A DNA stretch of 64,000 nt from Bugula neritina (taxonomy: Eukaryota > Animalia > Bryozoa). Under the pieces are notes generated by a model, which worked only from the letters and a program-made list of their open reading frames with translations, was not told the DNA's origin and did not search any database. Location of the stretch: contig OZ037771.1 of NCBI GenBank assembly GCA_964035545.1, forward strand, positions 7,991,408-8,055,407, given 5' to 3'. A program made the position numbers and the translations under genes. Below, piece by piece: positions 45,801-57,900 of the stretch (position 1 is its first letter; the number at the start of each line of letters is the position of its first letter).

Positions 45801-48800
45801 AACACAAGTGTGTAAAATCATGGATTAGGTGCAATAAATGATCCTAAACAGCCAATCTAGCATGTTTTTGAGTAGATACAGAGACTAGAAACAACACACT
45901 CATGTTGCTGTGCCAAAGAATGGGGATTGAGCTGCTCAAAAATACATAAATACACCAGTTTGAATGGTCAGAAGATAATGTATGAACTCGACAGTCATTT
46001 GATATCATATGGTGAAATATAGATAAAATATAGTACGCATACACAAGAGAACATAACACACACATGCACACACGCACACACATATATATATATATAAATG
46101 TTGAAATGCATATAGTGTGCAGTCTGTAAGGATAAGAGAATAAAACATTGATGTCATATGGTGGAATCATCGGATTATGATATATCTAGCCAAATATCCT
46201 TTACAGAAAGTATAATTAGTAGTATTGCATGTTATACACAATAGACACCTGTTTGGTAGAACCGATAGTTTACATGTCCTCACGCTCAAATCTCTCAATG
46301 AAAATAAGGATGTGAATATATCGTCAGCTAGACCTTCAGATAGGTTATTATTTGTTAAATTCAAAACTTCAAGATTCTTCAGTGCAGATATGCTGTAATA
46401 TACATACAGGTTGTAGCCATGAGAAATGAAACCATCAGTGAAATGGTGGAATCATTAAATTGGATTATTTCTACATGGAAAAACATTAACTCTAGCCAAC
46501 TATGGAAACACAGGTAGAGATAACTCTGAGACACGGATAACACACCTGTGTGGTACAGTTACCAGGTCACAGTCTTCCATGTCCAATTCTCTCAATGATA
46601 ATAAAGATGTGAAAATATCGTCAGGTATACCTCCAGAAAAGTCATTTTCTAAAATTTTCAATACTTCAAGATTCTTCAGTAAAGATATGCTGTAACACAA
46701 CACATAGCTATGAAATCCTGTATATCGTAATTGAACAGTAAGCAAAAGGTTCTATGAACTAATACAGTTCCGTGTAATGCAAAATATACATATACTATGC
46801 CACATACCCAGTTGGTAGAATTTTCAGTTTACATTCTTGCATGAATAACTCTCTCAAAGATACTAAGGATGTAAATATGTCGTCAGGTAGTCCTCCTGAG
46901 AAGTCATTTTCTGATATATCCAATACTTCAAGATTTCTTAGCAAAGATATGCTGTAATCATAGAGACACATAAATTTCGGTAATTACAGTGAAAAGAGCT
47001 TCACTAAAACTAGTTAGTGAGCTACGAAATATGACAATTGTATAGTTAGTAGTACCACTTATTACTCTGTATAATAATGTCCTGTACTCATCAGTAAATA
47101 CACTGCATTGGCACTGAGTAGCTACTAGCTACAGCACACCTGCTACTCAATGTCACACAGCACATCTGCTACTCAATGTTACACAGCACATTTGCTACTC
47201 AGTGTCACACAGCACACCTGCGACTCAGTGTCACACAGCACACTTGCTACTCAGTGTCACACAGCACACCTGTTACTCAGTGTCACACAGCACATTTGCT
47301 ATTCAATGTCACACAGCACACTCGCTACTCAGTGTCACACAACACACTTGCTACTCAGTGTCACACAGTACACTAGCTACTCAGTGTCACACAGCACACT
47401 TGCTACTCAGTGTCACACAGCACACCTGCTACACATGGTCACTGCAGTGCATTTACTAATAAGAGCTACAAGAAAAACCCATGTATTCAGTAGTAGAGAG
47501 TATGTATGATACTGAGGCTCGGACAATAAGAAATACTGAACAATTACGCGGACACTTCCACTTAAAAGTTGTGTCAGTTATATTCAAGGAGTGCAACAGG
47601 TAATGTCATTATATATATGTATTGGTATGCCACCCAGATGTATTGGCAGGCAGCCAATCATTAAAGCTTTCAAGCTTCAAAGCTTTCACCAAAGCTACTA
47701 TTAGCTGGGAGAGCTAGTGCATTCACTGTACTGCATGAGTCAGTGTATCATGATCAAACCGCCATATTTACACTCTTCGTAAGAATAAACTATCGGTTTC
47801 GGTATTGTGATGGCTAAGAATTTTACCTACGCATCAATATTGTAAGTTTATTAGAATTATAATAGTTCATGTCAATTTGTTTAGTTCTGTAATGTTCATG
47901 GTGTTCCTCTGAATTTTGATTTATATTGTGACTACTTACTTATACAATTTCTAATGTTTCCCATTTTTCTAGGGTACGATTTGAGAGTTAATAAACTTGA
48001 AAACCTGTTGCCAAGTTGGCTAGTAGTTAAAGCATATCTTGCAACCAGACACAAACACAAACCGATACAATATATAATACACACCTGCTAGGTAAAGTTG
48101 ACAATTTGCATTCCCTCATGTCTAACTTCCTTAATGGTAGCAGAGATGTGAAGAAGTTTTCAGGTAGAATTTCAGGTAAATCGTTATAAGACAAACTCAA
48201 TTCCTCAAGACTCTTTGTGGGGGATATACTGTAGAATAACATAACACGCATGTTTAGCAGTAGTTGTAGTGCTTTATCACTACATAGAATATATAAGTAT
48301 AATTATGACCCAATTATAGATTCACATATGTATTTACAAATATTTATATTATGTAGTTTTGTACTCTCACGCAAGTTTATAGTCACCATTCCTGTCGGAA
48401 CCTCTGGTGGAAGGGGTTTGTAAAATTGGGCTAAGGACTTGTTCACAAGTGGCATAAAAGCAATTAAGACTGGATGCTCTTCCTAACATCACCAATGGCT
48501 TTTACTGGGGTCCAAACCAACGAATTTGTGTTTACCAAGCCAACACTCTAACCTCTAGACCTAGACTGCTCCCTATACTATATAACTTTATACATATACT
48601 CCAAAGTTACTTTTAATGAAAACGTTGTATTATACCTGTTGAAGTTAGTATCAGAATCTGCAAAGTTTACTCTCAGATGTGTGATATTAGGAAACATTGT
48701 GTTGATATCTAAAGAGTTATCTCCTCTCAGTATAACATGTGTGACAGTTTGATGTTTGCTTTTTTCCTTGATCTCTTCTATAGTGTAGGCTGTAGTGTTG

Positions 48801-49464
48801 TTCTCCATCCACTTGTCACCGTCTTCAACTATACAGGATGTGTTGAACCACACCCAGTATTTCTCTACAGGTAACACAAAATTTACTCTCTATTAACACT
48901 AGGCTGCTGATTGAACAAAATGCTGCCACTATGCAGACCAGTCAGCAGTACTTTATATGCTAAGCAGTGTCAGTAACATTGACAAGTATACTACCCTCAA
49001 GTTTCATTTTTAATAAAAAACTCTGTAATGTTAGAGAGTGGAAGGACACCAGCATATCATCAGGATATGCAAGTAGAACCATGTGGTCAGTCTTAGAGAC
49101 AACATATACTAACTAAAAATGTCCATTAATAATTCTACTACTTTCATTCACTAGTAAATAAACACCTCAATAAAATTTGTGGAGTCTGTTTCAGATTTAA
49201 TTTCATTAATTCTGTAGTTACCTGAAATGTCTGCTTCTATATAACTTACTAACCAGTCACAGACTGAGTTGAAGGCAGAGCTACAGACTGAGTTGGAGGC
49301 GGAGCAACAGACTGAGTTGAAGGCGGAGCCATGAACTGGGTTGGAGGCGGAGTCACAGATTTAGTTGGAGGCGGAGCTACAGACTGAGTTGGAGGTGGAG
49401 TCACATTCTGAGTTAGAGGCGGAGTCACAGGCTGAGGCGAAAGTTGAGAAGCTGAATCACTCAT
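42820..49464 (-). CDS. LRR protein B (622 aa): Pro/Thr-rich N-terminus, N-cap domain, 8 two-LRR cassette exons, ROCO/MFHAS1-like C-cap
   Basis: Exons 49254-49464, 48636-48864, cassettes 48085-48228, 46808-46951, 46546-46689, 46249-46392, 45648-45791, 45196-45339, 44914-45057, 44037-44180, last 42820-43096. All GT-AG; total 1869 nt in frame with no internal stop. Confidence 0.9.
44355..44462. repeat. ~24-bp tandem repeat (GTTACATGCTGATTGGCTAGTGAA)
   Basis: 4-5 degenerate copies. Confidence 0.8.
44583..44727. repeat. Imperfect foldback/inverted repeat (probable MITE remnant)
   Basis: CTATAAGCA..GGGGGTGAAGGACG pairs with CGTCCTTCACCCCC..TGCTTATAG. Confidence 0.7.
47125..47432. repeat. 26-bp minisatellite (TGCTACTCAGTGTCACACAGCACACY)n
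   Basis: About 11 copies; the same array sits in the corresponding intron of gene A (57968-58212). Confidence 0.93.
48371..48572 (-). mobile_element. tRNA-like SINE copy
   Basis: Reverse-complement homology to 51775-51980; head-only fragments also at ~14305-14356 and ~14905-14953. Confidence 0.7.
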
Positions 49465-50133
49465 ACTGTGGTCACCGGTCACAGCTGTAGATGTCTTTAG
49501 TCTTATCTGTAACAACAAATTAGTAAGGAACTCACCACACAGATGACACATAAATGTGGTCCTACTAAAAAGAAATAATTAATTTCAGTTTAAATACATT
49601 TGAAAGTTAGTAGGCAGCTTTAGGATGTGTACTAGCATCATATAACAATTCATGTCACTTGTACTACTGCAACCATCCTTGTGAAGTTATAACAGATAAT
49701 AGTCATTCATCAGCTTGAAAGACACAAGTCACACATGATTTGTGTGTTTCCATAAAATAACTGCTGCTCTCAAATATAACCACACATTCTGCTTTTCCAG
49801 CTTATAAATTTTTCACTCCCCTATTGGCTATTCAACTAGAATGATTTCACATTTGACAGAAAAAATTGAATAAGATATCAAGTAAACTTAAGACTGGTTT
49901 ACTAGTTACCATTACTAAGATTTTATAATCATAGTTGTGAGGAGAAACTTTATCATAAAATTGTCACCTCAAATCAAGTATTAAGTTTAATATTACTAAA
50001 TCACTTCATAGGTTTACTCATGAAGCAAACACAAACATAGTAATAATTGGTTACAAAGCATAGCACTTAGTAAAGGTATGCTCTAATAAAACTGGCTACC
50101 ATACATATACACAGAAACTCTTCAACGCTCTTA

Positions 50134-50512
50134 AGGCCTGGCCTCACGATCGTGAGAATCACACGAAATCGTATGACGATTTTCGTGAGTTATCCTCTTG
50201 TTTTGACCAGCCACACACTAGTCGGACGAAACACATAATAAATACTCCGTGAATGAGTCTTGCACGAGGTACAAACAGCAGAAAATTGTCAAATAGAGAA
50301 ACGTGATAGAAATGAAATAATTACTGTTGCTAAAATTCTATTGACCAATCAAATGGTACTTATCGTCGATTGTGATTTTTCGTCCATCGTCATTGTTGTG
50401 TACACCCAACGATGACGATTTCGTTTGAATTCCCTCAAATTTTCTTGTAGGAATAATTTTTTGTGTCAAATAGACGATTTCGTGTGATTCTCACGATCGT
50501 GTAGCCAGGCCT
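50134..50512. mobile_element. MITE, PIF/Harbinger-like (second family)
   Basis: About 39-bp TIRs AGGCCTGGC..CACGATCGTGAGAATCACACGAAATCGT; TTA TSD on both sides. Confidence 0.85.
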
Positions 50513-51077
50513 TTAAGGTCTCTCCACATCTGGGAACTTTGAAACTGTTGAAACTAGCCACTGAAAAATACAAACTGCCAAGACAGACATATTTTTTAAC
50601 AAAGTGTTAAAGGGACCAGGTGTGACTGAATGTGCAGTAAGTGTTGTGTTCAAAGACTAACAATCTACTGAAAACCATTGTGACCAAAAACGGTTGTGGC
50701 CATCACAAAACCTCCAATTTTGGAGGCCCATAAGAGATGAGAGTTCTGCATATTCTATATTGGTGTCAGAAATGAGTAAAATATGTATATATTTGGTAGA
50801 ATATTCTTATTTAGATAAAATAAAAATTGTGGTTATTTTTTAAAATAATTTGCATTAAAATTACATATTTCTAATTATTGTCATACTGAATATTCAAGTG
50901 AGAGCAGTGATAATTATAAGTAATAATAGTAAAATATGTATTAGCAGTAGTGACTGTAACTATCTAGATATTGATAAATCCAGGACTAGAAAACTATAGT
51001 CTTCTAATAATAGTAGGATTCTGAAATTAATATCATAATGACATAAATCATCATTAGCTGTCTACAGGACCAGATCA

Positions 51078-51300
51078 CTGTTGACAGAACTAGGTGAATG
51101 TTGACAGAACTAGGTGAATGATGACAGAACTAGGTGAATGTTGACAGAACTAGGTGAATGATGACAGAACTAGGTGAATGATGACAGAACTAGGTGAATG
51201 ATGACAGAACTAGGTCACTGCTGACAGAACTAGGTAAATGATGACAAAACTAGGTCACTACTGATGGAACTAGGTCACTGCTGATAGAACTAGGTCACTG
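51078..51300. repeat. 20-bp minisatellite (GACAGAACTAGGTGAATGAT)n
   Basis: About 11 copies. Confidence 0.92.
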
Positions 51301-51774
51301 TGGTTCCACTCTCACAGAAGTCAGTTAAAAGTTTAAACTTTTCAAGTCAGCGCAGTGATCAAACCGTGTGCTGCAGCAGCTAAGAATAACATGTAGTGAA
51401 TATTTACAAAGAGTTTATAAAAAACAGCAATGATTAGTATTAGTTTTATAACACTATGAACTTCAGAGCCAAACACCATCAGTATGAGCACATAATTTCT
51501 TATAAAACAAAATTGTTTGAGCATAAGATCCTGAAACAGTCTGCAGATTATAGATGAGGTATATATGGATGCTTTATTACTGCATAACTAAGTTGTGTCG
51601 AGATTCTTTAATATATAATATTTATAAAAATAAAATGTTGCAGCTATAAGATTGAATCATTGAAATATTTTAAATTTACCAGTTCATGAGTCTAGCTAAA
51701 AGACTTAGTTTAAATTTATAGAACTTTCAAAACACATTTGCAGAAAATTAACTAGCCAATTGTGTGTAATACCA

Positions 51775-51980
51775 GAGAGCAGCCGTGGTCTAGGGGTTAG
51801 AGTGTTTGCCTAGTAAGCATGAAGTCATGGGTCCAAGCCCTGACAAAAGCTATTGGTGATGTTAGGAAGAGCATCCAGTCATAATTGCTCCTGTGGCCCA
51901 TCTGAATAAGTTCTTAGCAGCTTTAACAAAAAACCCTTCCTTCAGGGGTTTCTCACAGGGATGCTGACTATAAACTTGCA
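51775..51980 (+). mobile_element. tRNA-like SINE overlapping the stop codon of LRR gene A
   Basis: A-box-like GTGGTCTAGGGGTTAG and degenerate B-box GGGTCCAAGCC; body and tail align with 48371-48572 through GACTATAAACTTGC. Confidence 0.72.
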
Positions 51981-54900
51981 GGAGTTAGTGTGTAATACCG
52001 GTTCACGGCATTGACTCCTCTCATACATGTTGCTAGTGGAGGAGATGTGAGAGCATTACAACTATATACAAACAGTGACTGGAGTTGAGTTAGATTTTGT
52101 ATCGCAGGATCTAAGGATGTCAATGACTCATTGGAGGATATATCCAGCGCTTTCAGACTACTCAGTGTGTACACAGCAGGCGGTAGTTTTGTTATGTTGT
52201 TGCTTGGTATCATGAGTCGTTGCAACTTCTGTAGACTTTGTATACTATAAATACGAAATAAATTCACATGACAAATATATATGCAAAGTCTCGGCATGCA
52301 AATTACCTGCTAAAGTGCAGCAGTAAACTCATAGATATATAGTATATAACTGTCAGTAATGGGGCATGAAGAGACGATTCTGGATTGTGCAAGAAGTAGA
52401 GATTTGACGCTGGTTACTACTTTCTACGCCAAAAGTGATGAGAAGACCTATACATACAAGATTGACCTAAACCAAGGAGTGATTGATTGCATCATAATAC
52501 CATGAGAACATTTTGGTAATGTGAAAGGTTTTAAACTGATCCTAGGTGAACCAATAGCACCACAATGTATGCTCTTAGTGATGGGTTGAAAGGTCAAAAA
52601 AGAGAAATTAGTAAGAAAGAGTACACTGGTAAACGTCAAAGAGAAAGGAAGTGAGCTGGTTTGCAAGGTTGCAGACATGTTAGCACATCAAAGCAAAGTG
52701 AGTGATTTGACATACAATAAGACATACCCAAAAATAATTAAAGCAGCAAATGAGTCACTTGGAGTAAGCAAAGGTGAATAAGGAATGAATCATGGTGATG
52801 GAATGAGGAAGTCCAAGAGGGAGTGAAGAAAAAGCAAGCCGCCTTCAAAGACAGGAAAAGAATCAAATCAGTCGAAGACAAAAGATACTGAAGACTGAAT
52901 AAGATCAGCAAAGAAAAGTGTGCAACAGCAAATGGCAGTTGTGAAGACTTGTGTAAAGATCTAGAAGAAAATGGCCCAAAATATATAAGTTATAAAGGAC
53001 AAGCCAAAGCAAATAGAAGAACATATATATGATAGCATTCATTGAAGATGAGCAGAGTAAAATCAGGAGTGAACATAAGGTCATCAAAGAAAGATGGAAA
53101 GAGTACTTCAACAGACGACTAAAAACCAAAAACATAAAACAAGAAAAAACAGCAATGGAGAAAGTACAGGAGCCAGTTGAGGATATCACAGGAGAGAAAG
53201 TTCAAAAATCAGATAGAAATGATGAAATCGAATAAAGCAAAAGGTCTTGATGAGCTCCCTATAGTGATGATTAATAAATGTTATCTCAGATGACAATGGG
53301 GGAGATACACTGTGGAATATGCTGTGTACAGATGACCAGGTATTTTTCTGATGAGAGTAGAGGCAATATGGAAGAAAGATTAAAAGACTCGAAAGGAAGA
53401 TGATCAAATGTCAGCAGATCTGAAGCTGAAAACCTACTCAAAAAGAAAGCAACACAACATCAAGTGAAAGGTATATATGATAGCTCTAAACATGCCATTT
53501 TGCTCTAAAAAAACTGCATTCAAATGCCTGGGGATTCAATCACCGGAATGGAGGATGCAAGGCAGAGGTGAGAGAGTGAGAGGGAGAGAGGGAGAGAGGG
53601 AGAGAGAGAGAGGGAGGGAGAGAGAGGGAGGGAGAGAGAGGGAGAGAGGGAGAGAGAGAGAGAGGGAGGGAGAGAGAGGGAGGGAGAGAGAGGGAGAGAG
53701 GGAGAGAGAGGGAGAGAGAGGGAGAGAGAGGGAGAGAGAGGGAGAGAGAGGGAGAGAGAGGGAGAGAGGGAGAGAGGGAGAGAGGGAGAGAGAGGGAGAG
53801 AGGGAGAGAGGGAGAGAGGGAGAGAGGGAGAGAGGGAGAGAGGGAGAGAGGGAGAGAGGGAGAGAGGGAGAGAGGGAGAGAGGGAGAGAGGGAGAGAGGG
53901 AGGGAGGGAGGGAGGGAGAGAGGGAGAGAGGGAGAGAGGGAGGGAGGGAGAGAGGGAGGGAGGGAGAGTGATGATGACATCAGAAGAGTACATGAGATGA
54001 TAGTAAAAAGGAACAAAAAACTGATGGCAATGAGTACAACCGTCACAACCGTAGACGATCAGCAAGACGACAGCAGACAGTCAAACACTAAGACTTGTTG
54101 GTAAACGGTAAGCTAGCCTAGTCGTAGGTGTTGGCTTTAACTTGCTATATTATGTATCTAGAACATCGTTTAGTTACAACAACTTGCTGTACTTTACTTT
54201 GTATTTAAAGTTTTCTTCTAAACATTTTAAACTTGTAGTGTATTCAATGCTTTTTCCTGACTATTTATTATTATTGTTGCGATAGCATACATGGCTATTC
54301 TCTAGAAAGTTGTATATAAGCAAGGCAAAGCTTAGTTAATGTTCAGTAGTATGGAGTAATAATTTGTAGTAGCTTTCAGAGCAGTTAGAAGTTGTTCATT
54401 CAGTTAGTGTGTTCAGGAAAAAACTACAAAGTAACACAATGAGTCAAGGATTTTCAACTTACGGAATCAACCCCGCAGTACACCAGAAACTGCCCAACAT
54501 CAAAATCATCAGCTGACTACAGGTTCTACTCTACATGTCCAACATGATGGTTGGAATAATTGCTCTGAAGACCAGAAGAAAACTTATACTACTCAAAACC
54601 TCTAAGAGTAGCTGTTATTGGCTAACCAAAGTTATGTAATAATAATCTTTTGACATTGCAGCCCCCTGAGTTTGCCCACTATACCCATGACCTAAACTAA
54701 TATATGTTCTATTACATATATTGTTATATATTAAATACTAAACACAACTCATTAAGGTAAAAAGCAAACCTGTCTGGTAGAGTTATCAGTTCACAATACT
54801 CCATTTCTAAATCTGTCAATGATACTAAGGATGTGAATATATCGTCAGGTAGACCTTCAGATAGGTTGTTCCATGATATAATCAATTTCTCAAGATTCTT

Positions 54901-57900
54901 CAGTGAAGATATGCTGTAACGCAACACACATGTATAAGCTACAGTGTAATAGAACACACAGACACATAAGTTAACTATTATCATCATTACTATGGTTTTA
55001 GTGTTAGAGATGATATTAGTGCTGGCAGTGGTATTGGCAGTAGCAGTGGTGGTAGTTGCAGTGGCAGTAGCAATAACAGTAGTGGCAGTGATGGTAGTTG
55101 TAGTAGTAGTAATAGTAGCAGTGGCAGTAGTAGTTGTAGTAGTACTAATAGTAGCAGTGGCAGCAGTAGTTGCAGAACAATTAAAACAGTAATAACTAAT
55201 ATTCAAGTAGTTATACACAGCAGTTGCACAATACAGTGTTTCTAGGATGTAACAATATATACCATAAACAATATAGCTGTACATATTAATTCCAGCATCG
55301 TTCTACATCGTATTACAACACTCACCTGCTCGGTAAAGTTACTAAGTTGCACATCTCCATGTTCAACTCTCTCAATGATTGCAAGGATGTGAATATATTG
55401 TCAGGTAGACCTTCAGGTAGCTTATTCCATGATATATCCAATACCTCAAGATGTTTTAGTAGAGATATGCTGTGACAAGGGAAACAGTATACACTTAAGT
55501 TTTAATATGGAAGCATTTCACAAGAACAGGTGAGCGATTTTACATAATGTAAGTCTATGACAGTTGTATATCAAGTAGTACCACTTATTACTGTATAACA
55601 GTGTTACACAGTTAGAGTTGTCTGCTACTTCCACTGACGTGGGCATGTGATTCATTATATTCTTAACCAAAGTACATATGTCAGATAAACTCAGTAGACA
55701 TTGACCTACGTTTGCCATCACATGGTATGAGAATTACGCAGTGAGTGCCCATTCAGCAAATACCCAGTCACTGTTATACCCACAACAAACAGAGTCTAGT
55801 TGACAAGTATTGTACATTAGAGAGTTGTCTTCCCTATGTAATTGAAATTACATAGTGGAGATAACTCTCTAATGTAAATACTCACCTGTTTGGTAGGGCT
55901 ATGAGTTCACAGCTACACATGTTCAACTCCTTTAATGATGGAAAGGATGTGAATATATCATCAGGTAGACCTTCAGATAGCTTATTGTCCTGTAAAGTCA
56001 ACACCTCAAGATTCTTCAGTGAAGATATGCTGTAACATAACATAATTGAGTAAAAAGAGTATATAATGGAATGAGATAAAGAACAACAGTGGTGAGTGAG
56101 CTGTTATAATTGACATAGACTGCAGGTAAAAGCAAACAGAAGAGAAGGAAGAAGTAAGAGTTGTATAACTTGACATAAGCTTGCAGGTAGAACTTCAATA
56201 AACATGGCAGGTGCTTGTATAATAAATATGCAACTGAAATTAATAAATGTTATAGTTGTCAATTCTTATACAAGAAAAAACTATTAAATGCTGTAAATGA
56301 CATCATGTTGTAAATCGGCGTTAGCGAATAAAGACTAGCTGATAAATCAAGGGGTGTACAAAAAAATAAATGGCTTACTAAAGAGGAGCTGAATGAGATG
56401 GAGAAAAGAAGTGATGATGAAAATACTAATGAAGAGGGAGATAACCACAAAAATGGTAAGACACTGCCTAGAAATTGCAACCAAGAATAAAACAGAAGGA
56501 AATATACTAGAGAGAATGCCAAGAGAATTGACTTCAAAGAAAAACAACTGAGAGAAAGAGAAAGCTTTACAGAGTTTTTGAGTCAAAATTGGAAACTTTG
56601 TCAAAAACTGTCAGAATCTTCACAAGAGCTACACCTAAATAATTTGGAGTGCGAAAGTGATCCACGTGGGTCATGAGAAGAGAGAAGGAAAATAGGACAG
56701 AAGAATCATTACAACAAGGAAGCTTATCACTATGAATCGTGCACTCTACCCAAGAGCAGATGTGGACAGACTGTATGTTAGAAGGAGAGAAGGCAGCAGA
56801 GGAATGATGTCAGCTGAATAATGCGTAAGGATTGAAGAATGCAGCTTGTCAGATGGGACACACAATGTGGAGTAACTTCTAAAGGACAAAATCCCTGAAG
56901 CACGGAACATAAATGAAGTGATTGAAAAAACTAAGAGATGAAAAGAAAGGCACTACATGATTAGTACATTAGAGGAGTGAAGAAATGGACTGGTTAGTTG
57001 AAGATGTCACCAAATAAGTAGTATAATTATACCTTTTTGGTAGAGTTACCAGCTCACAGGACCGCATGTGTAGCTTTCTCAGTGATACTAAGGCTGTGAA
57101 TATGTTGTCAGGTATACCTTCAGATAGGTCGTTTTCTGTTACATCCAATACCTCAAGATTCTTCAGTAAAGATATGCTGTAACACACATACAGGTTGCAG
57201 CCATGAGAAATGAAAACAGCAGCAAAATGGTGGAATCATTAAATTGGAATATTCCTCCTTGGTTATACATTGAGTCTAGCCAACTCCGGAGGTACAGGTA
57301 AAGGTAACTCCAAGATACCTAGTACACACCTGTTTGGTAGAGTCAACAGTTTACATTTCTCCATGTCCAATTCTTTCAATGATAGTAAGGATATGAATAT
57401 ATCGTCAGGTAAACCTTCAGCTAGGTTATTATCAAACATTTTCAATACCTCAAGATTCTTCAGTGATGATATGCTGTAACATAATATATGAGTGTGAGAT
57501 CATGTGTATTATAATGGAACAATGAGCAAACAGGTTCTCTGAAATAATACAATATATGATTTAAACAAGATACTACATTCTATAATATAATTAATAAATA
57601 TTACATTACGCACACGCACGCACAGATATAATACATACCTGCCAGGTAAAGTTGCAAGCTTGCATTCATTCATGTCCAGCACTCTCAATGATAGTAAGGA
57701 TGAGAACATAACGTCAGGTAGATCTTTAGATACGTAATTTCCTGATATATCCAATACTTCAAGATTTCTTAGTAAAGATATGCTGTAAAAGGCAAGGATG
57801 TATAAATGTTGGTTATCACATGGAAACTTCACTATAGCTAGTTTGTGAGTTACAGTAGGTCTATGACAGTTGTATAGTTAGTAATAGTACTTATTATTCT

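Noticed and set aside
51775-51850. tRNA gene
   Set aside because: No convincing cloverleaf, degenerate B-box, continues into a repeated body; treated as a SINE head.
53477-54065. RE/G-rich and SL/P-rich ORFs
   Set aside because: Translations of a GA simple repeat.
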